Below, in pieces: positions 43,862 to 56,700 of a stretch of 64,000 bases of DNA; the first letter of the stretch is position 1; each line of letters opens with the position of its first letter. The translations under genes were made by a program, and so were the position numbers. A model generated the notes under the pieces. That model searched no databases and was not told where the DNA came from. It saw nothing but the letters and a program-made list of their open reading frames with translations. The stretch covers positions 10,478,001-10,542,000 of the forward strand of contig CAIIXF020000001.1 of NCBI GenBank assembly GCA_903813345.2, read 5' to 3'. This stretch comes from Owenia fusiformis. Taxonomy: Eukaryota.

Positions 43862-44800
43862 AACGATTATTCAGTTTAATCTATACATCCATCATAATTA
43901 TAAAATACAATCTGATGTCGCGCCCATTCTTGACACTAGCAAGTCATCCACAACCTAACGTGTTTTAAACGTAGAACATCGTGACATATTTACTCAGTAA
44001 CTTCAAGTTCTATACATTGAAATAGAATATTGTTTGCATAAAACGTTTGATTAAGGGGCCCAGGGTGTATTGACAAACACCGGATTCTAAGGATTACTAC
44101 ACACTCAACTCTATGAGGCATAGTCATCAAATTGCAGTTATTCATCAAATTCAGTCTTAAATTCCAATCATTGTCCCCCAAAAATTATGTTTATGGCCCG
44201 AAATAATACTGGAAATGTAATGCATCTGAACGAAAATCGACACAGAGTCAGAATATATCCTGATTTGCTAAATAAATACATAGATTTAAGTAAATAGTAA
44301 GCTTGATTTCAATTTATTTCAATATTTACTTATTTCACGGTTCATGCTAATTTGTAATGCTCTCTCCTTTTTGATGCTTATGAAATTTATCATGGATCTA
44401 TTTTACTTTTAATAGAGTTTGTATTATCATGGACGTTTGCATTCTGATTTACAATGAGACGTTTGTATTTTTGCCATATAAAGGGCGATAGAAATATTTT
44501 CTGAATAAAGATGGCAGGCAAATCATCCTTTGTTTATTTATACTTCTCCGATCAGGTCCCGAACGGGCGCCGAAGGGACTCGATTTTTAAATCATATCAA
44601 ATGTACATGTTATGTCATGTACATCTACATTTACATGATAAATACTTACACTTACGTTACGCAAAATCCTTTTATAAACTTTCTGGTCCAGCCGTTTTCG
44701 ACAACTACATAGCCGTGATGCCCGCCGTGATAATGGTAACCGTTGCCGGAATAGGCTTAATTCACGGGGAGTAAGTCACTCCCTCTCTCTTATACTCACT

Positions 44801-45759
44801 GGGTTTTCGTAAAACACCGACCGCCGACCACCGACCACCGACCAGTCACTCTCCACAGTTGGGTACATGTGGTCGGTGGTCGGCTGACGGTCTTTTACAT
44901 AAAGATGAAAAAATGCAAAATTAGAAGTAAAACTAAAACTGGGAATCCAATGACTATATTACATTTACTAGGTCGTGATTTAAAAACGTATAATTATCAT
45001 TTCAAATCACGATGAAAACGTTACATCGTCGTGGTGTGTAATGTCATAGTTTCAGTTGTTAGAAGACCAATTTCATCCTGGTAAGTCACTTTGGAAAAAA
45101 CGCACGTAACATTGCATTAAGTTCATTCTTCATTCATATGAAACGCAATAACAAAAACACACAAACATCGTCGATGTTGACGTCGTATCGTTATGTTTGA
45201 TTTCTCAGTTGTTATACGTCAACTGGTGAACTGCATTTGATATGACAAAAAAAGCTTTCTAATGGTGTACTGAAATGGTAAGTCACTTTTAATCCCGACA
45301 TGCGCATTCAACTAGAGTTGAATGCCCATGATCCCGATAAGAGAACGCATGTAACATTATATCGTGTTCAGTATTCAGTAGGCTATGACGATAACAAATC
45401 ATTTTTGTTTCGAAATTGTTAAATTTCAGTAAAAAATTAGGATAGATTCCCGTAGAAACGATAGGTTGGTTAATGATAGGTTAGGACCTAAGGCAGGACA
45501 ATTAATCGGGAGGAGACGGTCATGCCCAATTTGTTTGCTTGCCATTCGTTGCAAGGTACAAAATCGGTAAAAACTGTTGCCTAGTCCAACGATTGACATT
45601 CAAAATCAAATTATTAATATTTTAAGGCTACAAATATGTTCGGTCTTTTACATGATATGGTCGGTCTTTTACACATTTTCTTCAAACCCTGTTTTGAGGC
45701 TACCAGTGGAAAACACCGACCGGTCGGTGGTCGGTGGGGTCGGTCTTTTGCGTAAACCC
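44801..45759. mobile_element. Non-autonomous TIR DNA element with CCGACC subterminal repeats (superfamily unassigned)
   Basis: GGGTTTTCGTAAAACACCGACCGCCGACCACCGACC at 44801 and GGTCGGTGGTCGGTGGGGTCGGTCTTTTGCGTAAACCC ending at 45759. TSD unclear. Confidence 0.65.
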
Positions 45760-45880
45760 TCTCTATATAGGCTACAGATTAGAATATGAGATTAATCCAC
45801 ATGGCATAATTTGGTACCCTAACCCTGCGCGCAGAGTAGCTTATATTAAACTACCGACGATGAAGACGAAGCCCGGTTAA

Positions 45881-46406
45881 AGCCCGGTATACACCAATGG
45901 GGCAAGTTGGGACATCCATAGACTTAACATTGCGTGGGACCTCGTGGGACCTTTTGGGAATTTGCCCCATGAAGTCCGTGGGACTCCATGGGACTTCGTG
46001 GGATTTTGCCCCATCTTGCCCCATCGAGTCCCACGAGGTCCCATGAGGTCCCATGAAGTCCCACGTGGGACTCGGTGGGACTCGATGGGGCAAGATGGGG
46101 CAAAATCCCACGGAGTCCCATGGAGTCCCATCGAGAATGAACATGTTCATTCTTTCCATGGGGCATCGTGGGATTTTCGGTCATATGACGTGTTGTGCGA
46201 AGCCCGACATACACCAATGGGGCACGGTGGGATTTGATGGGACTCCATGGGGCTTGATGGGACTCCATGGGGCACGATGGGCCGGGCAAAGTCATCATGG
46301 TCCAATGGGACTTCGTGGGATTCGATGGGGCAAATTGGGATTCGATGGGGCAAGATGGGACTCGATGGGGCAAGTGGGATTTTGCCCCATTGGTGTATAC
46401 CGGGCT
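45881..46406. mobile_element. PIF/Harbinger-type MITE filled with GC-rich ~10-bp repeats
   Basis: Perfect TIRs AGCCCGGTATACACCAATGGGGCAA and reverse complement; TAA on both sides; internal GTGGGAC/ATGGGGC/GTCCCAT repeats. Confidence 0.85.
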
Positions 46407-48040
46407 TAAGATCCATGTTTACATCATTTGTAAAATTAACACGTCAGGTCAAATGGAATCAAAAAATGACAAAGCAGAGAAGCGAAGTCGAATACGGTAA
46501 TCGTTCTAAAGGCTTGGTGTTTTTCCATAAATAGTCTAATGAGAGCATCTGTAATGTGGAATATGTATGCATGAAACTTATTATACGTGTACGTACGTAG
46601 TCATCACTTATCAAGTTATCGGTGACCTTATGACAATGCAGGGGTCTCCGGGGTTTGATGTAAAGATGCTTGGTTGGCAAGCCATACAACCCAAAGCGTA
46701 ATCCTGCTGACATAAACTTCCGGTTTACAAATCGCAATATTTCAAAAAAATTTGTGTTGTTATCGCCGTAATACAAAGGTAAATCATTATTATATACTCT
46801 CTAAAACTAATGAAACTAATATCTATTTCGGGTTATACTTCACACCTATATCGGATTTGCTCCCGGTGTATCACATCATGGGCTTCGGATAGCTATTTAC
46901 AGTGCTGATATATAATAATTAAGGGTGCGTTTTCAAACTAAACAGAGTGCTCCTATCAAAATGAATTTGCCTACATACCCCTGAGACTCTTATCTGATAG
47001 ATAGAATGCACAAATAAAACAAAAGTTTTGCTATTATAGGTAAAAAGTTCTCTTGAAATTTCGGAGTGATTTTACCTGTTAATTCTGTCCATGGTCCGCC
47101 ATTTTTGCGGAAGTTACACTGAAACGCAAACTCCATGAAACGAAACGAAATCACTAGAAAAAACGTGGCACACATTGTGCGCATGTGCAGCAAAGTTTAG
47201 ACCAATCAGATTATTTAATTATTTTGCGCACATGAATTATTTGCTTCTGAGCACTTACAAGCTTACCACAATAAACAAACCTGGCAGAGACTACCCTTAG
47301 CCTACTCCATTTTGGCGAAATTTCAGCTCAAACTCGTGACAAATGCATTATACATACGCTGGTGTGAAGCCTTGGAGACACTCATTTTGGTAAATATGAT
47401 TTATGGGGTATACTTTTCTGCAGTTTGTGTGAGTTTGGAACATTAAATGTTAAATTTCAAGAAAATATGCCAATTAAACGACTGGTCAATTAATATATAC
47501 CAGCACTGTATCAAATCTACGATTTCAGGTTATTTTAATTGTTATCCAAATACACAGAGACATATAGTCTAATAACATGTCTCTGCAATACATAATAATG
47601 ATAAGAGTATTAAGACTCAAATGAAGTCGAAACGTGAAATCGACTCCGAAACAATAAAATAGCCAACTAAACTAAATAAAAACTACATGCCAGTAGGGAA
47701 AACCCGGAACCCGGATACTGACTTTTTTAATAGTATAGTATGGTGTAGCCCGGGGGTGTAGCATAAATACTTATAGATTTCTTCTCTCTATTAGAGACTT
47801 TCAGACCTGTGTACATATATGTGCTGACGTGTGGCAGCATCAGTGTGTCCATAAGCCAGGGCATGGGCCTGAAATACATGTATTTTGTACTTTGGGTTTT
47901 CTAGAGATTGCTGGAGAATACTGCAATCAGTGTACTTTTTGTTGACAAGGAAATACATGTATGTTTCAGAGTGGTGCATTCTAAAAGGACAAATTACACG
48001 TATCCCATGGATCTGATATAAATGTTCATGTACATGTAGT

Positions 48041-51000
48041 ATGCTATATTCTGGAGGAGATTGGTTGCTTGCTTTACAATACAGCATTCTGTTTGTTGCT
48101 ACACAGTTTGTTAACAAAGTAAGTTTAAACTAGGATGAAGAATACATGTATGAAGAAAGGAAGTAAGTCACTTCCCCCTACGCCTCATCAATCGACAGCC
48201 AACTACTAAGAGAATATGTACATGTATAATATCCTTTTTATCATAGAAGTCATGAATATAAATTCAATAATCGCACACAGTCATCTTATAAAAAAAATTA
48301 TCACTACATATATACAAATACTGAGCATTGTATACAGCTCTTAGAGTTTAAATTGTTACTTTACTAAAACTATCATATTTACAAACTATCATATTTACAA
48401 CTATATACCTACAGTACATGTAATGTAATTTATTATATAAATGTTGCACGTCATTATTTTCAGTATGTACTATCTGTGCTGAAATTCACATATCCAACTA
48501 TATTTCAAGGGTAAGTGTAATCTGTTATTTCCAGTGTGTTTTCACATTACAATCTTATATTGAGGTATCAGCTACATGTACCATTATGGTCATGTGAATG
48601 TAATGCTGGTCTTCAGAAAATAGTAAATTATACAAAATATTGAATATTGAATGTAAAGATAGAATTAATATTCAGCATAAAGAGGTTATATAAATAAATG
48701 ATGGATATGATAAGAGATATCCTAATAATTTCAAACTGTATTATTCTAGACAAAACTTTGACCAAAATAACAAATTATGAATATTTACATTTATAGATGG
48801 CAGACCCTTGTAGGAGCAGTGATACTTCGTGTTCTAGCCTTGACTGGCAAGATAGACCTGGTTACATCAGATATCAGCAGGTATGTGTACCTTGTGACAT
48901 CAGATGTCAGGATGTATGTGTAGCTTTCAACGTCAGATATCAGCACGTATGTGTACCTTGTGACGTCAGATATCAGCCGGTATGTGTACCTTGTAACGTC
49001 AGATATCAGCAGGTACCGTATATGTAGTTTTCAACGTCAGATATCAACAGGTATGTGTACCTTGTAAAGTCAGGTATTAGCCGGTATGTGTACCTTGTAA
49101 CATCAGATATCAGCACGTATGTATACCTTATAACGTCAGATATCAGCAGGTACATGTATGTTTACCTGGTTACAACATATATCGTCAGATATGCACACCT
49201 CGTTACATTTAGAGTAGTACTATAAGGGAGGGGTTTATTCTAAGGGATGATATGACATGTATGATATCTTCCCAGGGACAGGATAGGCCGTGGTAAGATA
49301 TTGTAGCATGCTGAAGAATGAAAATTAGGGAGGACCTTTTTACATAATTGTAAAATAATCACTGATTTTGTATATAAAATATTACCAGGAATATAGAATG
49401 ACCATGTTATGTTCTCCAAGTGTAGTAAACATTATACTTGCTTTTTTAGACGTTGGTTTAAACGTTATTATTTGTATCAACAAAGTTATCTGCAAATTTG
49501 CATACATGGTACTCATCAGATATAGTAAATTGAATTGATATATCGACAGTTAGTAGATGACTTACCACGACACAGCTAGTCAAGATTTTCTTAATTAATA
49601 ATAATTTGGAACCTTGAATCTCTCACATGATGGGGTCAGAAACTTTCCTAATCATTGACGTGTAACATTTCCAAATACAGTATGTGATTCTTTATTTACA
49701 ATTTTAGGTCAAGTATTGCCCCGCACATTCCATCAATGATGACATATGTTGTTACTATATACTCGGGATCAAAGGCATTATCTTCTTTGGTGAGTTGGCA
49801 AGAATTAGTTAGGTACCCCAACTCAGGTATACCAAGATTCTCCGAAATGATGCTTCAAACAATGATAAAAGTTATTGCTCTTCATTGATTTAATTGCACG
49901 ATGAATGTCAGATATTAAGGTCAAAGTCATTAGAAGTGTAGTACTAATTGTATACAGCTTTATTATCTATGGTCATAGTTCCTATGATCTTTCAAGCATA
50001 TATGTGAACATTATAAAGTAGTTAAAATGTAGTAATTTTTTAATGTTTCTCCTGACGTACATTATTTGTACATCTTATTCATTTAATTTAGATTAAGATG
50101 GCAACTTTGGTATGTGTTTGCACTGGACACCAGTCTTTAATCTTAGGAGTAAAATATCCAACTTCATTCAAATGGACCTCCCTTATTTTTTAAATACCCC
50201 ATAAAATATAACCTGCAATACTACTAAACGAAGTGAGTTTTGTTTTGTTAATACGAGTATCATTTGAAACGGTAAAATAACTATATTAAATTTTTACATT
50301 ATATTATTGTTTATCACACTTTGCTTGATTGAGTTAAATATAGCAAACATGCTGACAATAAACAATTGAGTTGAGCATTTGAACAAATATTAATCAATAA
50401 CAAATGATTACCGGATCATCAAATAGATTAGTATCTTCCGTATTCTCGTGTGTTAGACAAATACGTACGTATCCTATGCTCATTTATTTGGACGAGAGAA
50501 TTAATCACATTAGATTATCACACTGTAGTAGTTTATTGAACAATTATATTCAGATTCATTTGCGTCATAGTTGTGAAGATATATACGATGAATGACATTC
50601 AAATATTCGTGTACCTTTGTGTGTCAGAAACACAAATCCTTACGACAAATTGTGAGAACAACCAAGATGTTTGTTCACATCTACCTGTATATGATATAAT
50701 TGCTCACTTTAATTATGTCCATTAATTTTACCTACAATTTTGTCACTTTTTAAAAAATTATATGAACACTACATAACTTCAAGATTAAATTGACTTTTAC
50801 TAATGAACCCGGAGAAGATGTTCAAATGTAATAGCAGGTCAGGTCATGAGTAGTAAAAGTCAATGCAATCTTAACAGTTAAAGGTCACAATTTTTGAAGC
50901 TCATGTTCATATAATATCTAGAGGTGTTTTAGTAGGGCAAGGCCAATTTTTGACCCAGGGTCAAATATTACACGTATAGAGGTTGAGTTGCAATATTTAT

Positions 51001-53103
51001 GGTGAGATCGTTTTTGAAAAATGTTAAAGCAAAAATTGTAGCCTGCTAGTAATAGAATAATGATATTTATTTCCAGCCAATACCAACATTTCTAGCAATA
51101 AGTAATGCATCTGCAATATTACCAACCATATTTCAACTTGCCACACGAAAGGTAGGTGTATTTAAGTTCAGAATAAATTCCCAAATTAAGAACATGTCAA
51201 CTGCAGTATCTGATAAGAACATACATTTGCATTACATATCGAGTTGCCTCGTCCAATCACAAACATAGATGAGTAGTAGTCGAGGCAGTAATTTATTAGA
51301 TACCATTTTACATCGTAAAACACTTGGAGATTAAAGAATACTAGTTGTTGTTCTTTATGATTGTTGTTTTTATGTCACCACCATGAGCGCTGACATTTTG
51401 TTATAGTCTCCAACTTTCTTTGTGCATCTGTAACAAATGTCAGGTTGTGACAATTTGCATATTAATGCCTTATTAAACAATTATATCTATTTTTCAGAAT
51501 CTCTCACAAATCAGCTGTGTCAAATCTGTGCTATTTGTTTTATTAACCACCATGATATGTTGGAGCGACCCATATTATACATACACATCCAATGGCTATT
51601 TCTGGATGTTTATATTTATCATATCATCTGGGATAAAAGAAATTCTTGGAGCTTTAACAACAAAGCTAAGGTGTGTATACAACTCGCTTTTTGATTTAGA
51701 TCTAAGTTCAATACATACCAGTAATAGACTCCTAATCGTTAAATTACATTGTAATTTTGTAGCAGAAGATGTTGGGGAACTTGATGTCATATTTTTTATT
51801 TATAATTGATATCATCCTAGATATCATGTATAGAATTTAACTTTGCAATTCATTTTAACTTATATTTTATATGAATATTGTTATCCACTCTAGTTACAAT
51901 TGCCTTTAACTTGTTAATATTGAAAATGACAAAATATTTTTCTATATTATAGGGAGATTGACAAGTTGTATTGCAACTATGTCTATAGTGTTATAATGTT
52001 GGCACCTTCAAGTTATTTCTTAGGTGAGTTATCTGTAAGTAATACACCATATTATCAAAACGTTTAATTATAGGAATTATTAATACTAGGAATTATATGC
52101 AATACTTGTATATCTTGACAGCAGTATATTCTGTTAAAATTGTGGGTAAAATTATCAATATGTGGCACAATTTGTTGTTTTCAGGAGATGCATTAGCAGC
52201 AAGAGCATTTCCATTTTTATATTTCTACAGATTTTATGTTGGATGTGTGCTAAGGTATGTTCACTAATGAACATTTAGTAATTCCATTCAATATCGCTAT
52301 ATCATACAAATAAACACTAGTGTCTTTTGAAATTCAATCTTGATAAAATAAACATGCATGATAAGAAAGGACAACGTATAGTTGTGCTCCTATTTTGAAG
52401 ATAGTAATATAATAGTTTACTACTTTTTTGACCTACCTTGTAGATTTAAAAACTGAATTTACAGAGATTGTGAAATTTCATTTGCAATTAACATTTTCAT
52501 TTTATTTTAGTGGTGTGTTTGGCGTTTTTCTCCAAATGAGTGCAATACAGCTTGCAGAAAAGAAACTTTCCCATCTGTCATTTAACCAGTTCATTGGTGC
52601 TTGCAAAGTAAGTTTATCTATATCTGTCGATAAATAATGTTGCAAAAATCATGTCACATATATATTAACGTGTTTATAATCTCAGGATTTCTTTTTTGTT
52701 TAGATATTAACAACAACAATCTCATTTGCCTTCTTCGATATGACCTTCACGTCCAGCCATATTGCCTGGTAAGTAGTACGTAATTATACACATGTCATTT
52801 TAGTATTCCCCACCTATGTATGCAGTATCCATACATGCAGTTTATTAAAGAATTGCAATTGGCAATTCTGCAAAATTAAGGAAAACTACACCCAACAATA
52901 AAAACAAAAATATACACCTTAGCAATTCTGAAAAGAAGTATGGGTTAGAAAATAGGTCTGTGAAGTTCCCAAAATATTGCTGAGATTTCAGATTTGATAA
53001 TTTTTATTGCAGGATATCAATTAGTTTGATTTTGGAAGTAATCCCCAATGGTCTAGTTGAGAACACTAATGAAGAGAATGAACAAAGTGAAACATCACCT
53101 TGA
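48041..53103 (+). CDS. TMEM241: TMEM241 / SLC35D4-like nucleotide-sugar-transporter family membrane protein, 11 exons, about 310 aa
   Basis: Exons 48041-48118, 48464-48510, 48797-48880, 49708-49789, 51077-51151, 51498-51670, 51953-52023, 52185-52254, 52511-52607, 52704-52768, 53013-53103; total 933 nt in one frame. The spliced peptide FVNKYVLSVLKFTYPTIFQGWQTLVGAVIL..IYSGSKALSSLPIPTFL..NGYFWM..EIDKLYCNYVYSVIML..GDALAARAFPFLYFYRF..SGVFGVFL matches my recollection of vertebrate TMEM241 (NKYVLSVLKFTYPTLFQGWQTLIGG..IYAGSRALSRL..FPFLYFYRF). Confidence 0.9.
48862..49200 (+). repeat. ~33-bp minisatellite (about 9-10 units) spanning the TMEM241 exon 3 donor
   Basis: Consensus CGTCAGATATCAGCAG GTATGTGTACCTTGTAA. 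Confidence 0.9.
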
Positions 53104-53706
53104 TGGCAGCTTCAAAAGAACATTCGGAAAATGAACTCCCCAAATTTGCATTTACATTACCATGAAGCAAAATATGGACTCGGGGTTCTCACTAAGCTTT
53201 TAGACTCCAGCAAAGATAACCTTAAGTTTTATGTTGAAAGGTATACTAATAGGATATCTCTGATTGCACATGGAGGAGGAGACACCGCGAAAATCCGGTG
53301 AGAACGCTGAGACTGCATCAACACTTTAGCAGATTCTTCACTCATGTGCAGTAAATGATATAATAGACTTGAATGTGTGTTCTCAATTGACAGATAACAC
53401 ATGGTCACATGATTGACATTCATCTGAAAACAGACTATGATATATTTCTGTACATGTACAGTATACATGTTCATTTATTCAAGGTCAATGCCAAATACAA
53501 TACCACGTGGAATTGTTATCTTATCTAGAAGCTTGTTCTTGTCTTCTTAAACCATAGCCAAACTTTTAAAAACACAATTCACACCCTGTTGAGCTATCTT
53601 GATAGATAATAAGTAGCATTGATAGTTTATGTTGTGATTGTTTGATCATTTGGTTGATCAGATTGAAACACACCTTCAACTAGTACTTCACAAAATATCT
53701 TACTCC

Positions 53707-56700
53707 ATGATCATGATCAGTGTTCTTTTATGTGCTACTATTTTGGCAACATCCTTTGCCATACCTTTCAAGGATGGATCATTCGTCCACCCTAAAGATA
53801 TTCAGAAGGTTCCAATAGGACCGACGTCTGATGAATATGTGCGGGACCTTATGGTAAATATAGGAAAGAATGCAGAAGTTTTTGCTGATGTAGCACACCA
53901 TGCAACCTCCCAAGAAACTATTGATAGTCTTTTTGATGCGACTGAAACGATCAAAGGAGGAATGATAGATGAGCCACCTGCACTCCAAATACAATGTTTA
54001 GTTTGTGAGGTAAGACTCGGAAATTCTAGCACAAAGCAACTGGTGTAATATTTGTATCTATAAACGAATATAAGCTTTGCAAATGATGTGTTGAAGAATA
54101 TTGACAAACGAGAAAATAAACATGATACTAATTATAAATAAATACCTTGTTAAAGTTGCAAGGACAAAGGCGTATTGATTTGCAATAAAAGTTCATATTT
54201 TATATGATCACTAAAGGGGTACTGACTGTATTATTTGTTCAAAATGATACAATAGGCTGATGGGCGTGGTTGTACATTTCCAAACCAAGTTCAGTTTTGT
54301 AAATCAACTTAGCTTTTCAAATAAATTCTCTCTTTGAGTGACTTAGTCATTTAGAGGTTTGCTTAACAGTGCATACTGATCTTTTGGCCTGAAGTGTGCT
54401 ACCTGAGTCCTTACCAAATCATTCATATCATTCTCAAAATATGCTCAAAGGAAGAGTTGATGACATAGAAAAGGAAAATTACATTGAATTTTTGGATTTG
54501 TCGAGTGAGGTTGATTGCCATGCACATAGTTTACAACTCTAAATTAGATATTTCCCAAACCACGAGTATATATCTTTCAGCAACTTATTGAGATCCTGCA
54601 AAGAGGCTTAACTGAAGCAGGAAATGACCCTGATATTGCATGGGAAGCATTGAGACCAATAGCAGAAGAGCTCTGTAACAATGTTCTTGGAGTCGCAGGC
54701 CTAAATGCTGAAGCCATGTGTCCAGGAATTATGGGCCACTATGTTCCTCATGTATGTTATTCATTCTAAAGAACTTATCATAAACACATCTAAAGATTGG
54801 GAGTATGACCATTTTTCTCTCTCAAAGGGCATTCTCAAAGATTTGCCTGGACGATAAGGTGTCTGAACTCCGTTTCAATTTCAAGTGGGTTTTGAATGAT
54901 TTTTGTAAAACTTGGCCATTTATCACATATTCATAAAATAGATAAATGTGTTGCATACAGATCGATTAATAGAGATAAAAGAAACCTCTCCATGACTTAC
55001 ATTCTAACTAATAATCTAAAAGCTTCTCTAGACATTTGATGAGAAATATGCAAGAAAATGAATCTTAAGATACAGTGGTTCAGACGAAAATACATTTCAA
55101 CATTTTCAAAGGTCTCACTGAAAACAATGGTCATCTCTCTAATGGTATTGAAAAAATATTGGGTTTTAGGATTTAAAGTGGACTATTTGATAATATTTGT
55201 ATTTGTTGTTAGGAGAGACAAGTGTATGCATGTCATACTCACAAGTTGCTACTTTCAGCTTCTCTACATACTCCACAATAAAACAATGTCACCATCTTAT
55301 GCATGCACAGAACTGAATTTCTGCGATGTTGAAGATATCAGTGCAGATGGCCAAGCGTTACCGATTTACATTAAAGACAATGAGACACCTATGGAAAGGT
55401 TTGATGATAGAAAGAAGCGACAAGCACCAGGCTCAACATTCCGCATAGCCTTCCTAACTGATGTTCATGTTGATTCCAGATATACTGTTGTGAGTGTGTG
55501 CCATTTTCGTTTCCTTAGTTTTGTCACCATTATTAAATATTTATATACTTTTTTATAATAGTTTTTGTACATGTTGTAACCTTTAATTAAAAGTTCATTG
55601 GATCAATCTTTTATAATACCATGTCTTGGATCATGTCTAATTCCAAGATTAATTTTGTTGTTTAATTTAGGGTGCCCCAACCGATTGTGGAATGATCATA
55701 TGTTGCAGAGTTGGAGCTGACTATACAGGAGAGGTAATCTTTCGTTCTGCTTGAGTATTTAGTGACTTTGACTTGAGTTGAGTTTGCAATTATAGGCCTT
55801 GTACATTCCTAGAAAAGATTGGCCTTTTACAAGTAAATTGATACCTTGCCCGATATATCATTAGATAAGCTATAGTTGAATGGCATTATCATGAGTTGAA
55901 AGACTTTTCTGTTTATCATATATAGTGCTATATAAAAAGCAATATTTGTATTTAGTTTGTACATACACATACGTTAATATTTCCATATTCAGGGAAGCGC
56001 TGGACGTTTTGGAAGTTATTCTTGTAACACGCCTATAAGGACTATGGATTTGTTCATGCAAGGAATTGCAAACCTTGCTGAAAAGCCAGACATTGTCCTA
56101 TATGGAGGTTAGCGTTAATATAATTAACAGTTACATCAATATATTCAAATAAAATCAAGTATCATAACATATCACAATTTGAAATATTTGCAGTTCTCAT
56201 TTAATCTTATGATTATAATACAGGTGATGCCCCACCACATGCACTATGGGAGGAAACATTTGATGGCCAAATGCAAGCCTCTCAGGCTACAGTTGAGGCA
56301 TTTAGCCGCAATATGCCAGGAATGAGAGTTTTTCCTACAATAGGCAACCATGGTGTGTATTTGAATAAGTGAATGTCATTATCGTTTGTTTTATCCTTGG
56401 GCTTTCAAGAACTTGAAAGCTGTCTTAAAACCGTATGTACAAGTTCCCTGTATGGATTGGCTGGTATGATTAGGGTTTCATTGGTGTTCTTTAAATGCTC
56501 CTTAATCTCTGCGTCTATTCACATGACTATTCTCATTTACTGAAGTTCTCACTCTCACAAAAGTTCCTTCTTCAAACTACATTTACAATTAATTCTTCCT
56601 CAGCGTTCAGAGAATGGAAGGCAAATGTGTATGTTCCAGGTTTTCCTTATATTTTAGAGACATACCCTGGTAATCTGTACTACCTTCCTCGACAGGAAAT

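Noticed and set aside
45851..46534. Cluster of overlapping ORFs on both strands
   Set aside because: Artefact of stop-poor GC-rich repeats inside a TAA-flanked MITE.
46700..47230. YY1/ETS-like words (ACTTCCGG, CCGCCATTTTTGCGGAAGT) as the TMEM241 promoter
   Set aside because: Plausible, but short motifs alone cannot place a promoter and the region may be repeat-derived.
48797..49027. 76-aa Cys-rich repeat ORF (MADPCRSS..CVPCDVRYQ) as a metallothionein-like peptide
   Set aside because: It is TMEM241 exon 3 read in the wrong frame and running into the 33-bp minisatellite.
50781..50872. Small hairpin AAGATTAAATTGACTTTTACT / AGTAAAAGTCAATGCAATCTT in a TMEM241 intron
   Set aside because: Probably a decayed MITE; too short to classify.
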